Notes under the pieces: generated by a model
What the model was told of the DNA's origin: nothing
Seen by the model: the letters and a program-made list of their open reading frames with translations, nothing else
Database searches by the model: none
Shown: positions 28,573 through 32,000 of the stretch, piece by piece
How positions within the stretch are numbered: the first letter of the stretch is position 1
How the letters are laid out: each line of letters opens with the position of its first letter
DNA from: Synechocystis sp. PCC 6803 substr. PCC-P
GTDB taxonomy: Bacteria; Cyanobacteriota; Cyanobacteriia; Cyanobacteriales; Microcystaceae
Assembly (NCBI RefSeq): GCF_000284455.1
Contig: NC_017039.1
Span: 1,290,001-1,322,000 of the forward strand
DNA: 32,000 bases
Reading direction: 5' to 3'
Made by a program: the position numbers and the translations under genes

Positions 28573-29568
28573 TCAGAAATTGGCAAGTTTTTCCGCTTCT
28601 TGCACCTGTTCGATTAAGCTCCGCACTTCCTCAGTACCGGCGGAAGGTTCAAAGCCCAGGGGAAATTTGCCACTGCTAATCATCCGCAGGCCCAGGGGCA
28701 AAATACTAGCAATACCTTTGAGATCCCGGAAGAAATTACCCACTACGTAAATACCGAACTTACGCTCATCCACCCAACCACCGGCTTTAACCAAATCCAC
28801 CATAACTTTGCGGTGGCGCACCGGGCGACTGTCCTGGGCTGTTTTCTGGGCCAGAAGGGCAGACTTAATTTTCCCAATCTGGTCCATGGGGGCCACTTCC
28901 ATGGGGCAGACTTCGTTACAGAGGTAACAACGGGTACAGCCCCAGGCCCCGGCTGTAGCATTGTTGTAGCTTTCGAGGCGATCGGCTGTGGCTCCATCCC
29001 GGGAGTCGGTTAATAATCTTTGGGCTTTGGCCAGGGCATGGGGGCCGACAAAATCGGGATTAACAGATTTAGCGTTGCACTCGGAATAGCAAGCTCCACA
29101 GAGAATGCAATTGCCCATTTGGTTGAGTTTTTCCCTTTCCGCTGGGGTTTGGAGAAATTCCCGTTCCGGCACCTTGCGCCCCTGGGTACTAACGTAGGGC
29201 TCCACCCGTTCCAAGTCGTCCCAGAAGGGTTGCATATCCACAATTAGATCTTTGATGACGGGCAAATTACCGAGGGGAGCCACCGTCACCACAGGAATGC
29301 CTGCTTCGTTAACCTGGGTAAATAATCTGGTTTCACTGCCCACATTTTCCTTACAAGCCAAGGCCGATCGCCCATTAACCCGCATACTGCAACTGCCACA
29401 GATGGTATTGCGACAATTTTTGCGGAAGTTTAAACTGCCGTCCTGTTCCCATTTAATCTGATTTAAACACTCCAAAATGGTGGCACCGGGCTCCACTTCT
29501 AGATCAAATTTTTCTAGGTAGGGAGACTGTTGCGGTTTTTGGCGCAAAATTTGAAATTGGACTTGCAT
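28573..29568 (-). CDS. sdhB: Succinate dehydrogenase/fumarate reductase iron-sulfur subunit
   Basis: CRNTICGSCSMRVNGRSALAC, CILCGACYSEC, CTRCYLCNEVCPM. Confidence 0.9.
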   Translation of the reverse strand: MQVQFQILRQKPQQSPYLEKFDLEVEPGATILECLNQIKWEQDGSLNFRKNCRNTICGSCSMRVNGRSALACKENVGSETRLFTQVNEAGIPVVTVAPLGNLPVIKDLIVDMQPFWDDLERVEPYVSTQGRKVPEREFLQTPAEREKLNQMGNCILCGACYSECNAKSVNPDFVGPHALAKAQRLLTDSRDGATADRLESYNNATAGAWGCTRCYLCNEVCPMEVAPMDQIGKIKSALLAQKTAQDSRPVRHRKVMVDLVKAGGWVDERKFGIYVVGNFFRDLKGIASILPLGLRMISSGKFPLGFEPSAGTEEVRSLIEQVQEAEKLANF

Positions 29569-29670
29569 AGGAAATACCCTGGGAAAAGCAATATGGGCGG
29601 AGGCTACCTCACAGTTTAGATTAAGACCCCGTTGCTGGCTTTTTTTGTCGAGAACCCCCTAGAATTGTGC

Positions 29671-29787
29671 CTATTTTCCCAAGTCTTTGACACCATTGAG
29701 CAACATCACTAAGCCTGCCACTAAAATTCCCAAGGCGATCGCCCCTAAAATCCAATCTAAATTAGCCGTATTTTCCATACTTTCCAT
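29671..29787 (-). CDS. Small single-TM protein, 38 aa (not in the supplied ORF track)
   Basis: Manual translation: MESMENTANLDWILGAIALGILVAGLVMLLNGVKDLGK-stop. Confidence 0.65.
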   Translation of the reverse strand: MESMENTANLDWILGAIALGILVAGLVMLLNGVKDLGK

Positions 29788-29861
29788 GGGTTAATGCCCA
29801 GGGGGCAGCGAATGATTTGGATGGGTAACCATGACTACTTTTCACCCAGTCCTAGAGCATA

Positions 29862-30866
29862 CTAATTCAACTTTTGGGCCAAACTCTCTTCTATGGAATT
29901 TTTGTTAATAAAATTGACAAACTTTTCCACCATTTCTGGATTACGCCAACCCCGTCGGGCTTCTCCTTGTAAAATTTCCAAAGCCTGGGCCGTATTCACC
30001 GCTTCCTTATAGCGACGGTTACTGGTTAGGGCAGTGAAAATATCAATGATTTGAAAAACCTGAGCTAGCAGGGGAATTTCCTTACCCCGGAGAGCATCAG
30101 GGTAGCCACTGCCATCCCAGCGTTCATGGTGATAGCGCATAATTTCCCCCACAGCCCTACGCCCAGCCAGGGGTTCAAAAATGGTAGCCGCCACATGGAC
30201 ATGGTCCCTCACGCAGTCCAATTCTGTGGAGTTGAGGGGCCCTTGCTTGAGCATAATTTCATCGGGCACTTGGATCAGTCCCAAATCGTGTAGCCGAGCC
30301 GCAAAAACAAGGTCATCAATTTGCCCCTGTTCTAGACCGATAAATTCGCCAAAACCCTCTATTAGTTGACTACAGGTGATGCTAGCCTCCCCAACAGCGT
30401 AGCGTTCTTCAATCACCGCCGCTAAGCGAAATAAAACCTGTTCAATTTGGGCTACGGATTCGGCTAATTTCTTTTTCTGGATCAGTAAATCCACCTGATT
30501 GAGCAGTTCCACCCGCTCCAAGGGTTTGAGCAAATAGGCATCGGCCCCACTGGCCCGACTACGGAGACGGCATTGGGGGTCGTCCATGGCATTGGTGAGA
30601 ATGATGGGAATATATTGCCCGACGGGGCTATGTTTGATTGCCTGACACAATTCAATGCCATTTTGGTGGGCCAAATTGACGTCCATCAACACTAAGTCCG
30701 GATCAACTTTTTCCACCTGTTCCACCACTTGGCCACAACTGAATCCTTTGGTGGTCTCCCCTTCAATAATTTGGTAATTGTTCAAACGCAAAAGGTCGGC
30801 GCTGGCGATGCGACTGTAGGGGTGGTCGTCCAACAAAAAAATACGGAGGGGAGAAATTTGGTTCAC
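29862..30866 (-). CDS. Response regulator with receiver and HD-GYP domains
   Basis: Receiver LRIFLLDDHPYSR...DPDLVLMDVNL; HD-GYP AARLHDLGLIQVPDEI...HHERWDGSGYPDALRGKEIPLLAQVFQIIDIFTALTSNR. Confidence 0.9.
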   Translation of the reverse strand: MNQISPLRIFLLDDHPYSRIASADLLRLNNYQIIEGETTKGFSCGQVVEQVEKVDPDLVLMDVNLAHQNGIELCQAIKHSPVGQYIPIILTNAMDDPQCRLRSRASGADAYLLKPLERVELLNQVDLLIQKKKLAESVAQIEQVLFRLAAVIEERYAVGEASITCSQLIEGFGEFIGLEQGQIDDLVFAARLHDLGLIQVPDEIMLKQGPLNSTELDCVRDHVHVAATIFEPLAGRRAVGEIMRYHHERWDGSGYPDALRGKEIPLLAQVFQIIDIFTALTSNRRYKEAVNTAQALEILQGEARRGWRNPEMVEKFVNFINKNSIEESLAQKLN

Positions 30867-30878
30867 GGATAGGTGGGG

Positions 30879-31550
30879 TTAAACTGCGGTCTTGTTCATC
30901 ATTCTTTGCTTGAGGGGTTTGGGATCTCCCTGCGCCACAATTTTGCCTTCCTCCAACAGAAAGGCTCCATCACAATAGTCTAGCTCGTCTAAGCGATGGG
31001 TTACCCACAGGGCGGTGATGCCCCTTTGTTTGACTAATTTTTGTACTTGCAATACCAATTCCTGTTGACTATCTCGGTCCAGCAAGGCAGTGGGCTCATC
31101 CAATAAAAGCACGGAACAGTGTCTGGCGATCGCCCCGGCAATGGCAATGCGTTGTTTTTGGCCGCCACTGAGGGCATAGATGGGACGGCGGGCCATCTCA
31201 GCTAGGTTAACCGCTTGCAGGGCTTCTCCTACCCGGACTTGTACTTCCTGGGGAGAAAGTTTTTCCTTGACTAAACCAAAGGCAATATCGGCCCCGACGG
31301 TGGGCATAACTAATTGATGGTCAGGATTTTGGAAAACAAAGCCCATGGGTTCGGCCAGTTTCACCAGACCGGATTGGGGGGTGAGGAGTCCCGCCAATAA
31401 CCTTAATAGGGTAGATTTTCCACTACCATTGGTGCCCAACAGCATCCAAAACTGACCTTGGGGCACCGCCAGACTACAGTTTTGCAAACCGGGGCGATCG
31501 GCAGACCATTGAAAATTTAGGTCCTGGGCAATGATGGCGGGGGTGGACAT
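30879..31550 (-). CDS. ABC transporter ATP-binding protein (CbiO/EcfA-like)
   Basis: Walker [38 protein letters not shown]. Confidence 0.88.
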   Translation of the reverse strand: MSTPAIIAQDLNFQWSADRPGLQNCSLAVPQGQFWMLLGTNGSGKSTLLRLLAGLLTPQSGLVKLAEPMGFVFQNPDHQLVMPTVGADIAFGLVKEKLSPQEVQVRVGEALQAVNLAEMARRPIYALSGGQKQRIAIAGAIARHCSVLLLDEPTALLDRDSQQELVLQVQKLVKQRGITALWVTHRLDELDYCDGAFLLEEGKIVAQGDPKPLKQRMMNKTAV

Positions 31551-31713
31551 GGAAATGTGATGGAATAAGGCTCTCCAATTCTAGGTTACCGAGCCAAATG
31601 TGGGTCGATGGGCAATGGACTTTGCCTTTGCTCTGGATTAGGGCAGGAAAATGGTCCGGCCTTGGTGGGTTTAGGTACACTGCAAAGAGATTTCATTTCT
31701 CAAAATTATTGCC

Positions 31714-32000
31714 ATGGCAACTATCCAAGCTTTTTGGCGCTTCTCCCGCCCCCATACCATCATTGGTACAACTCTGAGCGTCTGGGCTGTGTATCTGTTA
31801 ACTATTCTCGGGGATGGAAACTCAGTTAACTCCCCTGCTTCCCTGGATTTAGTGTTCGGCGCTTGGCTGGCCTGCCTGTTGGGTAATGTGTACATTGTCG
31901 GCCTCAACCAATTGTGGGATGTGGACATTGACCGCATCAATAAGCCGAATTTGCCCCTAGCTAACGGAGATTTTTCTATCGCCCAGGGCCGTTGGATTGT
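31714..32000 (+). CDS. hpt: UbiA-family prenyltransferase, 5' part (homogentisate phytyltransferase)
   Basis: MATIQAFWRFSRPHTIIGTTLSVWAVY...GLNQLWDVDIDRINKPNLPLANGDFS; runs off the window edge. Confidence 0.87.
   Translation, partial: MATIQAFWRFSRPHTIIGTTLSVWAVYLLTILGDGNSVNSPASLDLVFGAWLACLLGNVYIVGLNQLWDVDIDRINKPNLPLANGDFSIAQGRWI

Overview
Protein content and gene order are those of a unicellular cyanobacterial chromosome. From memory the region matches Synechocystis sp. PCC 6803 around sll1696-slr1736; locus tags are recollection, not a database lookup. No CRISPR array, rRNA, tRNA or intact mobile element was found. Contents: (i) a tandem array of DUF29-like genes with a near-identical 5' spacer repeat (1-1751); (ii) a methyltransferase and an O-GlcNAc-transferase-like protein next to a pilA1-pilA2 type IV pilin operon; (iii) a PD-(D/E)XK-like gene, a DUF29 gene and a truncated Rpn/DUF4351-like gene; (iv) a pentapeptide-repeat protein, sigE and thrC; (v) an ArnT-like glycosyltransferase, a PAS/GAF/GGDEF protein, a site-2 protease and nth; (vi) tadA, a divergent DUF29-like gene and cry-DASH; (vii) a TPR protein, opcA, bgtA-like ABC ATPase, LexA-like regulator, sdhB-like gene, HD-GYP response regulator, ABC ATPase and the start of a UbiA-family prenyltransferase (hpt). 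I see no clear new defence-type system. The best second-look items are the DUF29 array with a filled/empty-site comparison for a 34-bp palindromic repeat, a LexA-like protein lacking the cleavage-site Ala and catalytic Ser, a 38-aa membrane micro-ORF at 29671-29787, an NtcA-type promoter upstream of sigE, a dispersed repeat that appears to supply the start region of cry-DASH, and a nested inverted repeat downstream of nth.
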